Source of the DNA: an uncultured Pseudomonadota bacterium
GTDB taxonomy: Bacteria > Oederibacteriota > Muellerivitia > Muellerivitales > Muellerivitaceae
DNA length: 64,000 nt
Assembly: GCA_963836235.1 (NCBI GenBank)
Contig: CAWIIP010000004.1
Coordinates: forward strand, 320,001-384,000
Direction of reading: 5' to 3'
Numbering within the stretch: the stretch's first letter is position 1; every line of letters starts with the position of its first letter. This document shows positions 40,386 through 49,232 of the stretch, one piece after another. The translations under genes and the position numbers were made by a program. The notes beneath the pieces were generated by a model that saw only the letters and a program-made list of their open reading frames with translations, searched no databases and had not been told where the DNA came from.

Positions 40386-41594
40386 ATGCGGCCTATCTCC
40401 CTCTTTTTCGGGTTCATCTTTTTGTTTTCAACCCTAACCGCTTGGGCCAACACATCTCTGGACGCCTACAACAGCGGGGTACAACTTTACCAGCAAGGCA
40501 AATACGACCAAGCCATCGCGAGTCTGAAGGAAGCGGTCCGGCTCGACCCCCAATCCTGGCAAGCCTACCAGATACTGGCTTTCAGCTATAACCAAGTGGG
40601 CGACCAAGCTGACGCGATCAGCGCCGTTCAATCCAGCCTGGGCATCCATCCGAACAACCCAGATTTGCGAAAATGGGCGGCCCAGTTGGGATACCGGCCT
40701 CCTCCCACGTATCTTTCGGGTATCACGCCTCCCCCGATTAAGGACATCACCTATTTTAAAATGTACGACATCCGGATTAACTTCGGGACATCGTTGATCA
40801 CGCTGGGGGATTTCAAGAACAACAAATCGTATTATCAATCCCTGTCCCAATTTTTTAGTTCCCAGGGTGAATCGGGGGGCACCTACAATGGAAATGTCCC
40901 CGGGTTGATCCTGCCGCAGGTGGACCTCGAGGCTTCCATCCGGCTCACCCCTGAATTAGAGGGAGGCTTGTTCTTTTCCTATCTTCCCGTTAGTACAGTG
41001 ACGAACAATTTCCAGGTTCTAGCTGCTTATTATGATGGGTCGGCCATTGCCGTCACCCTCAGGTCGCAGGATGCCTATAGCATCAACGCCATGGAGGTGG
41101 GCCTGCAAGGGAGGTACACGCTCGCGCACGGAAATTTCCGACCCTTCGTTTCCGGGGGTGTCGGGGTGGTTCCCATGTGGATCAATTATGGCGTCAACGA
41201 TGTCTATTTCCTCGACGCCGGCTCCGGGCTTGAAAACGAAAAATTGAATGAGACTTTCGGGACCTTGGGGTTCGGCGGACAAGTCCAGGTGGGATTCGAT
41301 TGGGACTTGGGGCAGGGTTTTGCCCTTTCCCCCTCGGTGGGGTATCAGTTCGTCTTTGCCAGCAACTTCCAGGTGACATCGGGGGGTCAGAGAACGGCCC
41401 TGGATGTGGTGCAGACCAATTTAGGAGCGGCCATCGAGCCGATCGAGAACGGCAACCTGGAGCGGGTTCTTTACGATCAAGAATACCCCGCCTATTACCC
41501 CGGGATCCCCGGAACGCCTGCCCCCAATTCCACACCTTTGAATGTGGACTTGAGCGGCTTCAAAGGTGGCATCCAATTTTCTTACAATTTTTAG
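40386..41594 (+). CDS. TPR-containing outer-membrane beta-barrel protein
   Basis: Signal peptide (TAWA), two TPRs, Pro-rich linker, amphipathic strands, terminal beta-signal GIQFSYNF. Confidence 0.7.
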   Translation: MRPISLFFGFIFLFSTLTAWANTSLDAYNSGVQLYQQGKYDQAIASLKEAVRLDPQSWQAYQILAFSYNQVGDQADAISAVQSSLGIHPNNPDLRKWAAQLGYRPPPTYLSGITPPPIKDITYFKMYDIRINFGTSLITLGDFKNNKSYYQSLSQFFSSQGESGGTYNGNVPGLILPQVDLEASIRLTPELEGGLFFSYLPVSTVTNNFQVLAAYYDGSAIAVTLRSQDAYSINAMEVGLQGRYTLAHGNFRPFVSGGVGVVPMWINYGVNDVYFLDAGSGLENEKLNETFGTLGFGGQVQVGFDWDLGQGFALSPSVGYQFVFASNFQVTSGGQRTALDVVQTNLGAAIEPIENGNLERVLYDQEYPAYYPGIPGTPAPNSTPLNVDLSGFKGGIQFSYNF

Positions 41595-41684
41595 CCGCGG
41601 AGTGACGGGAATCTTCTTGTTTACGACGGGGCCCGTCGTGAACAAACAACATTGGGGTGAGAGAATGCGACAAAGGAATTTGCG

Positions 41685-42596
41685 ATGAATAAAAAAACAA
41701 AGATGGTCCGTCGGGCCTGCCCCGTTTGTTCCTCCCGGGACGAATCGAAGGTTTTCGCTGAGGAAAATTATGATCCCGCCCGGCTGGACGAATTTGCCTT
41801 CGCCTCTCGCAAAATACCAGAGTACATGCATTACCGGCTGGTGGTCTGCCCAGGTTGTAACCTGCTTTACGCCAATCCTTTGCCGACCCTGAAAGCCATT
41901 TCGGAAGCATATCACGAGGCGGCTTTCGATAGCGCCGAGGAAGCGGGTTACGCGGCCAGGACCTATGGGTCTTTCCTGAAAGGCATTCTTTCGAACATCC
42001 CTGACGGAGTGGGGGCCCTGGATATCGGAACCGGCGACGGAGCCTTTCTGGAAGAGCTTTTGAAGCATGGGTTCTCCAAAGTGGTGGGGGTGGAACCTTC
42101 CAAGGCGCCTATTCAAGCCGCCAAAAAGGAAATTCGGCCGTTGATCGTCCATGGTTTGTTCAAGCCCAAGGCCTTCAAGAAAAACAGCGTGAGCTTGGTG
42201 ACCTGTTTTCAAACCCTGGAGCATCTTTATGAACCCAAGGATATGTGCCGGGGGGCCTTCCAAATCCTGAAGCCGGGCGGAGCCTTTTTCGTGGTTTCCC
42301 ATAACCGGCGGTCCCTTTCGGCGGCGATCCTGGGCCGCAAATCACCCATTTTTGACATTGAACACCTCCAGCTTTTTTCGCCCCAAAGCGCCCGGCGGAT
42401 GTTTGAGGAGGCGGGGTTTCAACGGGTGGAGATTAAGAGCCTCTTTAATCTGTACCCACTCCACTATTGGCTGAAGCTTTTGCCTTTTCCGAAGACTTTT
42501 AAAAAGCTTTTAATCCCGGTTCTCAAAAAAATCGGAATCGGCTATATTCCTCTTCCACTCCCCGCCGGGAATATGGCGGTCATCGGCTACAAATGA
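41685..42596 (+). CDS. SAM-dependent methyltransferase with N-terminal Zn-binding motif
   Basis: CPVC...CPGC, LDIGTGDG, GVEPS, QTLEH, LKPGG. Confidence 0.85.
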   Translation: MNKKTKMVRRACPVCSSRDESKVFAEENYDPARLDEFAFASRKIPEYMHYRLVVCPGCNLLYANPLPTLKAISEAYHEAAFDSAEEAGYAARTYGSFLKGILSNIPDGVGALDIGTGDGAFLEELLKHGFSKVVGVEPSKAPIQAAKKEIRPLIVHGLFKPKAFKKNSVSLVTCFQTLEHLYEPKDMCRGAFQILKPGGAFFVVSHNRRSLSAAILGRKSPIFDIEHLQLFSPQSARRMFEEAGFQRVEIKSLFNLYPLHYWLKLLPFPKTFKKLLIPVLKKIGIGYIPLPLPAGNMAVIGYK

Positions 42597-42597
42597 A

Positions 42598-43419
42598 GTG
42601 GTTAAAAGGAATGAAATGAGCCTGTCGGGAAGAAAAAAAGTCCGCCGTTTTTTACACGAGCGCCGCAACCGACGGATTCAAAAGACGAAAACCTTTCCAA
42701 CCGCCAATGGCGAAAAAGAAACGCCCGAATTCGCCCCTATCGACTTCGATAAATACAAAGACCAATATCAAAAGGAAGTCCAGGATTCGATTTCCTTCAT
42801 CGGCCAAAAGCTTGATTTCTTTATCGAAAAAAAAGCCCAACATCTCTGGAACCTGGCGAAAAAACACGTGGGGGATCCGGCAAAACTGAAAATCCTGGAC
42901 GTGGGATGCGGCATCGGGATTACGGACCAGTATTTAACCAGCCACTTTGGGAAGGTCTATGGGTTGGATATCGCCAAGGGGCTGGTCCAAAAGGCGGCCA
43001 AGCTTAATCCCAAGGCTTCCTACAAAGCCTATAACGGGCGGGTCTTGCCTTTTCCCAATCATTCCATGGATTTGACTTTCGCGATCTGCGTCCTCCACCA
43101 TGTTCCCCCGGAAAATTGGAACGGTTTTGTTCGGGAGTTGGTGAGGGTCACCCGGAAGGGCGGGTTGGTGGTCATTATGGAACATAATCCCTTGAACCCC
43201 CTGACGAACCGCGCGGTCAATCATTGTGAACTGGACAATGACGCCATCCTCCTGCGAATGGCCAAGACCAGCCGGCTGATTTCCCGAAGGGATATCCCGG
43301 TTCTCGAAAAACGGTTCATTTTTTTCACCCCCTTCGGGGGAAAGTTTTTCGGATGGGTGGATAGCGCGCTGGGGTGGCTTCCCTTGGGCGCCCAATATTA
43401 CGTCGCGGGCCAAGTATGA
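42598..43419 (+). CDS. Class I SAM-dependent methyltransferase
   Basis: LDVGCGIG, CVLHH, EHNP.NPLT, LGAQY; basic N-terminal extension, start uncertain. Confidence 0.85.
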   Translation: MVKRNEMSLSGRKKVRRFLHERRNRRIQKTKTFPTANGEKETPEFAPIDFDKYKDQYQKEVQDSISFIGQKLDFFIEKKAQHLWNLAKKHVGDPAKLKILDVGCGIGITDQYLTSHFGKVYGLDIAKGLVQKAAKLNPKASYKAYNGRVLPFPNHSMDLTFAICVLHHVPPENWNGFVRELVRVTRKGGLVVIMEHNPLNPLTNRAVNHCELDNDAILLRMAKTSRLISRRDIPVLEKRFIFFTPFGGKFFGWVDSALGWLPLGAQYYVAGQV

Positions 43420-44567
43420 TCATCTTGAGCTGGCGTTTAACCACGCTCGGGCAAACACTGGAGGCGCTGAATTCAACGGGCGTTCCCTTGGTGGCGAAGT
43501 CGGGAGGCCGTTTTTTCGCGTCCGGGTTCACGGATGACCTGGGGATTTATTATTTCGTCCCCGAGCTGGCCAAGGGGCTGGGCCTTCCCCTCCAAACCGC
43601 CCTCAACCTATTCCTGTTAACTTTTATCCTTTCGGGATGGCTTTTAGGAAGTTACGGTTTTCTTAGAATTTTCAAGAATGCTACGGCCCGCCTTTTATCG
43701 GTGGCGGGCTTGTTTCTCCTGGCCTACCTGGCTTTCGCCAAAATTTCAGACGTTTATGTGGTCATGATGTTCGCGGTGACGGCTTTTGTCCCCAACTTCA
43801 TCGCTTTTTCCCGGTCGGGCGAAAGGGACTGGAAAAAATTACTGCCTTGGTTCACCTTAGGCGGCCTGGTATTGGGTTATTGCAACTTTATCCGTAGCCA
43901 AGCCGGCACGGGCATCGTGCTGTTTCTTTTCGTTTGGCTGATCCTCAACCACTCAATTTCCTGGAAGGGCAAGGCGGCTTTCTTTTTCGTTCTTTTGGTT
44001 TGCTTCCGCCTTCCCACCCTGCAATTCAAAATGATGGAAAAAACCAGGGATGCTTTTCTTGAAGAGGCCGTTTCCCAATACCGGCCCCTGAACATCCGCC
44101 ATCCCTTTTGGCACAGCGTCTATATCGGGCTGGGCTATCTTCCAAATAAATACGGCATCGAATACCGGGACGGATCTGCCTCCGATAAGGTGGCCTCCAT
44201 AGACCCGAAAGCGGCCTATTGCTCCCCTGAGTATGAAAAAATCCTAAAAGCCTCGACGCTGGGAATCGTAAAAACAGACCCATTCTTTTTTTTGAAAACC
44301 GTTCTGTTGAAAGCCCGCAAGATTTTCGGATATTTTTTGGCCTTCGCTAATTTGGGGATTCTTTTTCTTTTCTACGTCCGGCCTTCCTGGCGGGAACTCC
44401 TGCCCATGGCGGCGGGCGGGCTTTTTTATTCACTGCCGGGACTGCTAGTCATCCCCATAAATGCTTACGTTTTAGGCATGATCAGCATGTCGGTTGTCTT
44501 TGGCGTTTACATGGTCAGCTCGGGGCTGGAGAAATATCTCCAGGGCCGGGAGGCGACGAAAGCATGA
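43416..44567 (+). CDS. Polytopic membrane protein, GT-C-like
   Basis: About 9-10 TM helices, TDD acidic pair in first loop, HPFWH motif in large loop; coupled to both neighbours. Confidence 0.5.
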   Translation: MIILSWRLTTLGQTLEALNSTGVPLVAKSGGRFFASGFTDDLGIYYFVPELAKGLGLPLQTALNLFLLTFILSGWLLGSYGFLRIFKNATARLLSVAGLFLLAYLAFAKISDVYVVMMFAVTAFVPNFIAFSRSGERDWKKLLPWFTLGGLVLGYCNFIRSQAGTGIVLFLFVWLILNHSISWKGKAAFFFVLLVCFRLPTLQFKMMEKTRDAFLEEAVSQYRPLNIRHPFWHSVYIGLGYLPNKYGIEYRDGSASDKVASIDPKAAYCSPEYEKILKASTLGIVKTDPFFFLKTVLLKARKIFGYFLAFANLGILFLFYVRPSWRELLPMAAGGLFYSLPGLLVIPINAYVLGMISMSVVFGVYMVSSGLEKYLQGREATKA

Positions 44568-45325
44568 AACTCAACGACCGGGTGAGGTCTTACTGGGAAA
44601 AAGAACCCTGCGGGACGGCGGAAGAGATTATCGGCGACGCGAAGCCCCTGAGCCGAAAGTGGTTTGACAGGGTCGAGGAATACCGCTACCAGGTCGAGCC
44701 CTTTATTCCTGATGTGGTGGGTTTTACCCGGTACAAGGGAAAGAAGATTCTGGAGATCGGGGTGGGGGCGGGAACCGACCATCTGCAATGGGCCAAGGCC
44801 GGGGCCAAGTGTTATGGGGTGGATTTGACGGATGCCGCCATCAGGACCACCAGAAAACACCTGGCCTATCACGGGTTAAAATCCAACTTGAGGCGCATTG
44901 ACGCCGAAAAACTGCCCTTCAAGGACAAGACCTTCGACGTGGTCTATTCCTGGGGCGTCATCCACCATTCGGAAAAGCCGGAAGTCATCATCCAGGAAAT
45001 CCGGCGGGTCTTAAAACCCGGCGGGGTTTTTATCGGAATGTTTTACGGCCGCTATTCGGTTTTGACTTTCAAGCGCTGGGTCAAATACGCGCTCTTGAAA
45101 GGCAAGCCCTGGCGGAGTTTTTCGGACGTCATTTGGCACCACATGGAAAGCGTCGGCACCAAGGCCTACACAGTGGAAGAACTTAGGGGTGTTTTTTCGG
45201 GATTCCAAAATTTCGAGGGAACGCAAATTCTGACCTGGCATGACGTCCAAAAGTGGCCAGCTTTTGTGCGAAAATTCCTGCCGGACCGGTGGGGATGGTT
45301 CATTGTGGTTGAGGTAATAAAATAA
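44564..45325 (+). CDS. Class I SAM-dependent methyltransferase
   Basis: LEIGVGAG, GVDL, FDVVYSWGVIHH, LKPGG. Confidence 0.87.
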   Translation: MKLNDRVRSYWEKEPCGTAEEIIGDAKPLSRKWFDRVEEYRYQVEPFIPDVVGFTRYKGKKILEIGVGAGTDHLQWAKAGAKCYGVDLTDAAIRTTRKHLAYHGLKSNLRRIDAEKLPFKDKTFDVVYSWGVIHHSEKPEVIIQEIRRVLKPGGVFIGMFYGRYSVLTFKRWVKYALLKGKPWRSFSDVIWHHMESVGTKAYTVEELRGVFSGFQNFEGTQILTWHDVQKWPAFVRKFLPDRWGWFIVVEVIK

Positions 45326-45411
45326 TTTTTTTGATTAGTACAAAGGATATAATTTGAACCGCTTAAAATGGTTCTTAAAGAAAAAAATAAATTTTATTTT
45401 GAGGTCGTGTT

Positions 45412-46668
45412 ATGAAAAACCTATTATTCCTTATTTTATCCTTGTTTTTTTTTCTTGGCTCCTGTCATAACAGCCCCGTCGTTCCTTCAGGTTCGGTATT
45501 CACTTTGACAGTTCCAAATGATTTTGTAACTTTTGGCGGAAAAGGGAGCGGGACGGGACAATTTCAAAATGATCAAGCGCTTGCTGTGGATTCAATTCAC
45601 GGTTTTATTTATGTTTCTGATTTCACTTTGAATGTGATTCAAAAATTCGATTTGACTGGAAATTATAAACTGGAATGGACCAATGGATTAATCGCACCTT
45701 TAGGTGTTGCGGTCGACGCGGATGGAAATGTTTTTGTTTCAGATGCGGGAAGTCATAGTGATGTGGTGAAATTTGATCCGAATGGAACTGTAATAGCTGT
45801 TATCGGAACTCCGGGTGGCGGGACTGGCGCCAATCAGATGCAAATTCCTGTCGGCCTTACGCTGGACGGAAAAGGACTTCTTTACGTAGCTGATTCAGGA
45901 AACAATCGTCTGGATTTATTTGATACTGGCAATTACCAATCCGTTACTCAATGGGGTGGAACGGGGTTGAGCTGTAACGGAAGTCTGTTAAACCATCCTC
46001 AGCATGTTGCTGTTGACGGTAATGGGTACGTTTATGTTACGGATGGCAATAATAACCGAGTTGAAAAATTTGATACCAATGGAAATTTCATCATGCATTG
46101 GGGAAGTTGCGTTCCCGGTAGTGGGAATGGACAATTCAATGGTCCGGTTGGAATAGCAATTGATTCGGACGACGTAATTTATGTTACTGATGATAATAAT
46201 AACCGCGTGGAAAAATTTGACAGCACTGGAAATTATATTTCGCAATTTGGAAGTAGTGCGCCGGTTGCTGGCGGAAAGTTGGGACAATTCAACTTTCCTT
46301 TAGGGCTGGGGTTGGATGGTAGTGGTAATCTTTATGTCGCGGATTCAGGTAATCAACGGGTTGAAATTATTTATCAGCCAAATAATTATGTTGGATTAAA
46401 TACTATTGGTATTTTTCCAAATCCAATACGTAGTGGTGAGAATGCTGAGATTGCCTTTCAACTTGGGACTTCCCTGAGTTTTTCTATTACAATTCAGGAC
46501 GACAATGGAATCCAGGTTGCTCAGTATCAAGGGAATGGAGTCTCGGGGGACAATATTCTCATCTGGAACATGACCGACAACGGCAAGCTTGTTAATTCGG
46601 GAGTTTATTTTGTTGTTTTCCAATCAGGGAATACTAAAGTTACTACGAAATTAACTTATCTCCCTTAG
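45412..46668 (+). CDS. NHL-repeat beta-propeller lipoprotein with C-terminal T9SS type A/FlgD-Ig-like domain
   Basis: Lipobox LGS-C; six NHL repeats (e.g. QFNGPVGIAID..IYVTD.NNNRV); C-terminal IFPNP...WN...SGVYF...K. Confidence 0.8.
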   Translation: MKNLLFLILSLFFFLGSCHNSPVVPSGSVFTLTVPNDFVTFGGKGSGTGQFQNDQALAVDSIHGFIYVSDFTLNVIQKFDLTGNYKLEWTNGLIAPLGVAVDADGNVFVSDAGSHSDVVKFDPNGTVIAVIGTPGGGTGANQMQIPVGLTLDGKGLLYVADSGNNRLDLFDTGNYQSVTQWGGTGLSCNGSLLNHPQHVAVDGNGYVYVTDGNNNRVEKFDTNGNFIMHWGSCVPGSGNGQFNGPVGIAIDSDDVIYVTDDNNNRVEKFDSTGNYISQFGSSAPVAGGKLGQFNFPLGLGLDGSGNLYVADSGNQRVEIIYQPNNYVGLNTIGIFPNPIRSGENAEIAFQLGTSLSFSITIQDDNGIQVAQYQGNGVSGDNILIWNMTDNGKLVNSGVYFVVFQSGNTKVTTKLTYLP

Positions 46669-46707
46669 AAAATTTGAAAAGAATTTATTCAACTTTGTGA
46701 GAGTGCG

Positions 46708-47604
46708 ATGAATTATTTATTAAAATGGTCCATCATCCTTTTTTCTTTTTTTTCTTGGATTAATTTTGCCTTGGCAAATCCGGCAACTTACTTGGATTTG
46801 GATCCTGCGGCCAGACCATCGGGTATGGGTTCTGCTTTTACAGCTTTAGCCGATGACGGGAACGCAACTTTGTTCAATCCCGCCGGATTAACTAATATGG
46901 GAACAAACCAGTTGGAGGCTACCGGTTCTTACGGTTTTTTAACTCAGGGTCGTTTTCATAATTCCTTGAGCGTTTCCCAACAACTACCTCCCAACAGCTA
47001 TATCGGATACGACTTGATTGAATATGGAGTAGGCCAAATTATAGGTGCCGATATTGATGGGTTTCCTACATCAAATTTTACCGATCTTGAATTGGCGTTC
47101 CGATGCTCCTATGCCTACGAATTGGATTACAATTTCAAAGTAGGTATCACAGCAAGTTTCCTTTATGAAAATGTGGACAATGTAAAGGCACCCGGTTTTG
47201 GGGGAGTTGATATTGGGTTTCTTTTTGTCCCATCCACTATGTACGACCTCACCTTCGGCGCAAGTATACGTCATTTAGGTGGCTTTCTCACTTGGGACGC
47301 AGGATACACCGAATACCTAACTCCGGATCTTCGGGTTGGAGTAAGCGAAAAATTATTCGACCAGACCCTCATCCTCTCTTATGACGCGGAAAGCTTGATG
47401 CAGTCCAATCTTACGATAATCAACCATGGAGGCGCGGAGTTGGGATTGGCGAAATTTTTAGCCATCAGGGCAGGAATTGACGATCAAAATCCCACCTTTG
47501 GGGTCTCGCTTAAGTTCTCCGGTTGCAATCTGGATTATTCTTTCGCATTAGAGTCGGACGGACTAGGGAACACCCACCGGGTTGGGGCTGACTTATTTTT
47601 CTAA
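46708..47604 (+). CDS. PorV/PorQ-like (UPF0164/FadL-fold) outer-membrane barrel
   Basis: Signal peptide, ARPSGMGSAFTALADDGNATLFNPAGL, C-terminal DYSF...LGNTHRVG..F. Confidence 0.8.
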   Translation: MNYLLKWSIILFSFFSWINFALANPATYLDLDPAARPSGMGSAFTALADDGNATLFNPAGLTNMGTNQLEATGSYGFLTQGRFHNSLSVSQQLPPNSYIGYDLIEYGVGQIIGADIDGFPTSNFTDLELAFRCSYAYELDYNFKVGITASFLYENVDNVKAPGFGGVDIGFLFVPSTMYDLTFGASIRHLGGFLTWDAGYTEYLTPDLRVGVSEKLFDQTLILSYDAESLMQSNLTIINHGGAELGLAKFLAIRAGIDDQNPTFGVSLKFSGCNLDYSFALESDGLGNTHRVGADLFF

Positions 47605-47629
47605 AGTTGGTTAAAAACGGGAAACTCAG

Positions 47630-48918
47630 ATGAAAACAAAAATATTTCTCTCCTCTATGCTTCTTTGTTGTCCCTTCCTTTTTCCTGGGCGGATGATTTG
47701 GATTCAACCCCAACTCCCATAACGGTGGATGCTGGAAAGGTTCATAGGGCGAAAGAGTTCTTGGCCCGCGGGAACGATTTTGCGGGCCATGGTTTAACCG
47801 CAAAGGCCAAAGAATACTGGAAGATCGCCTTGAACCTCGATCCCGATCTGACAGAAGCTAAAGATAATTTGGAAAATGCTTCCGGTGAAAAATCCAAACC
47901 GGCGACAAAGTCGGATGAAAACGAAAGGTCTGCTGAATTATTTTCGAAAGCCCAAGACGCTTATGACCGGAAAAACTACGATCTGGCCTTGAAGTATTTA
48001 GCCACGATGGATTCCGTGGCCCCAGGCGATTCCCGCTCCCAAAGACTCCGTGAAAAGATCACGCTTGAGAACTTTCAATTCGATCCCCACCACGACAATG
48101 AAAATCTGATCAAAAATTATTTTGACCAAGCGGTGGAGCTTTATAAGGCAAAAGATTACGAGAAAGCCCTGAAAGTGCTTGGGCAGGCCGAACTGATGGC
48201 GCCGGACCAAATTCAACTTAATGAATTCGAAGCCGTCATCCGGGATGATTACGACAGTATTTGGGCCGGGCAAGAAGTCCAAAGAGCCCGGGAGCAATTG
48301 AAAGATGGGGATAAGGATACGGCCACAGAAACCCTTGATAACGTTCTCAAGCAACAACCCAGTTGTAAGGAAGCTCTAACACTCAAAGCCCAGATGAACA
48401 AAACCGACGACCAGGAAAAAAAGGAAAGCGACCAGGCCGAATTGGATAAGGCCAAAAGGGATGAAGATAAGGATGATTTTACCGACGCTAAAGAGCACTT
48501 TGAAAAAGCCTTGGCGATCAATCCCGATGATCCGGTGGCGCAGGAGGGTTTGAAAAGGGTGAAAGGCCTCATCGATCCGGTCGAGCAAAAATTGGCGGAA
48601 CTTAAAAAGGCATATCAGGCTGGGGATAAAGCGGTGGCTCAGGATGCCCTAAACGAGATCGCTAATCTATCGCCGGATTTTCCAAAACTGGCCTTTTGGA
48701 AAAAGAAAATTGTGGGGATGGAGAGGAAAAAAATAAAGGTGGAGTTAAACCTGGGGCAGGCGGATGCTTTTTATAGTTTAGCCAAAACCGATTACACAAA
48801 TAATGATTTCAAAAAAACAAAGGAAGATTTGCAAGCGGCGCTGGCCTTTAACCCCCAATTCATTCAGGCACAAAATTTTTTGAATGAGTTGCTAGATGAA
48901 CATCCTGACGTGAAATAG
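47630..48918 (+). CDS. Exported TPR protein with probable frameshift in signal peptide
   Basis: ORF 47665..48918 with many TPRs; ATG 47630 is out of frame, and one extra T near 47663 restores MKTKIFLSSMLLLLSLPFSWA. Confidence 0.7.
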
Positions 48919-49232
48919 TCCTCAATCTCTAGCCGTGGCCTTATCCAGAAGCCAAGGGCGGCGAATATCTGGTGTGGTATGGACTATATCTTTTGGCTTT
49001 TGGATTATCGAAACTAAATCGCCAATTTATCCGACAAGGTGGTTGCCTTTTTATTAAATCCCCAGGTTTAACGACCTGTCCCCAAATGTTTGAATTTTTC
49101 AGTGGGGATGGGTGTAAAATATACGCATAGTTCTTCATCAACCCAAGGCTTGCCTGCCTGGGTTCCTTCGTCCAATCAAACATAAAACAATCTTTTTTTT
49201 AATCATCGATTTCAGAATCAGGGGGAAATCTC

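Noticed and set aside
45412-46380. Possible CRISPR or tandem DNA repeats
   Set aside because: The repeats are in-frame NHL blades of a protein; no repeat-spacer array or cas genes anywhere in the window
48941-49183. 80-aa minus-strand ORF in AT-rich spacer
   Set aside because: No RBS or recognisable motif; cannot support it as coding
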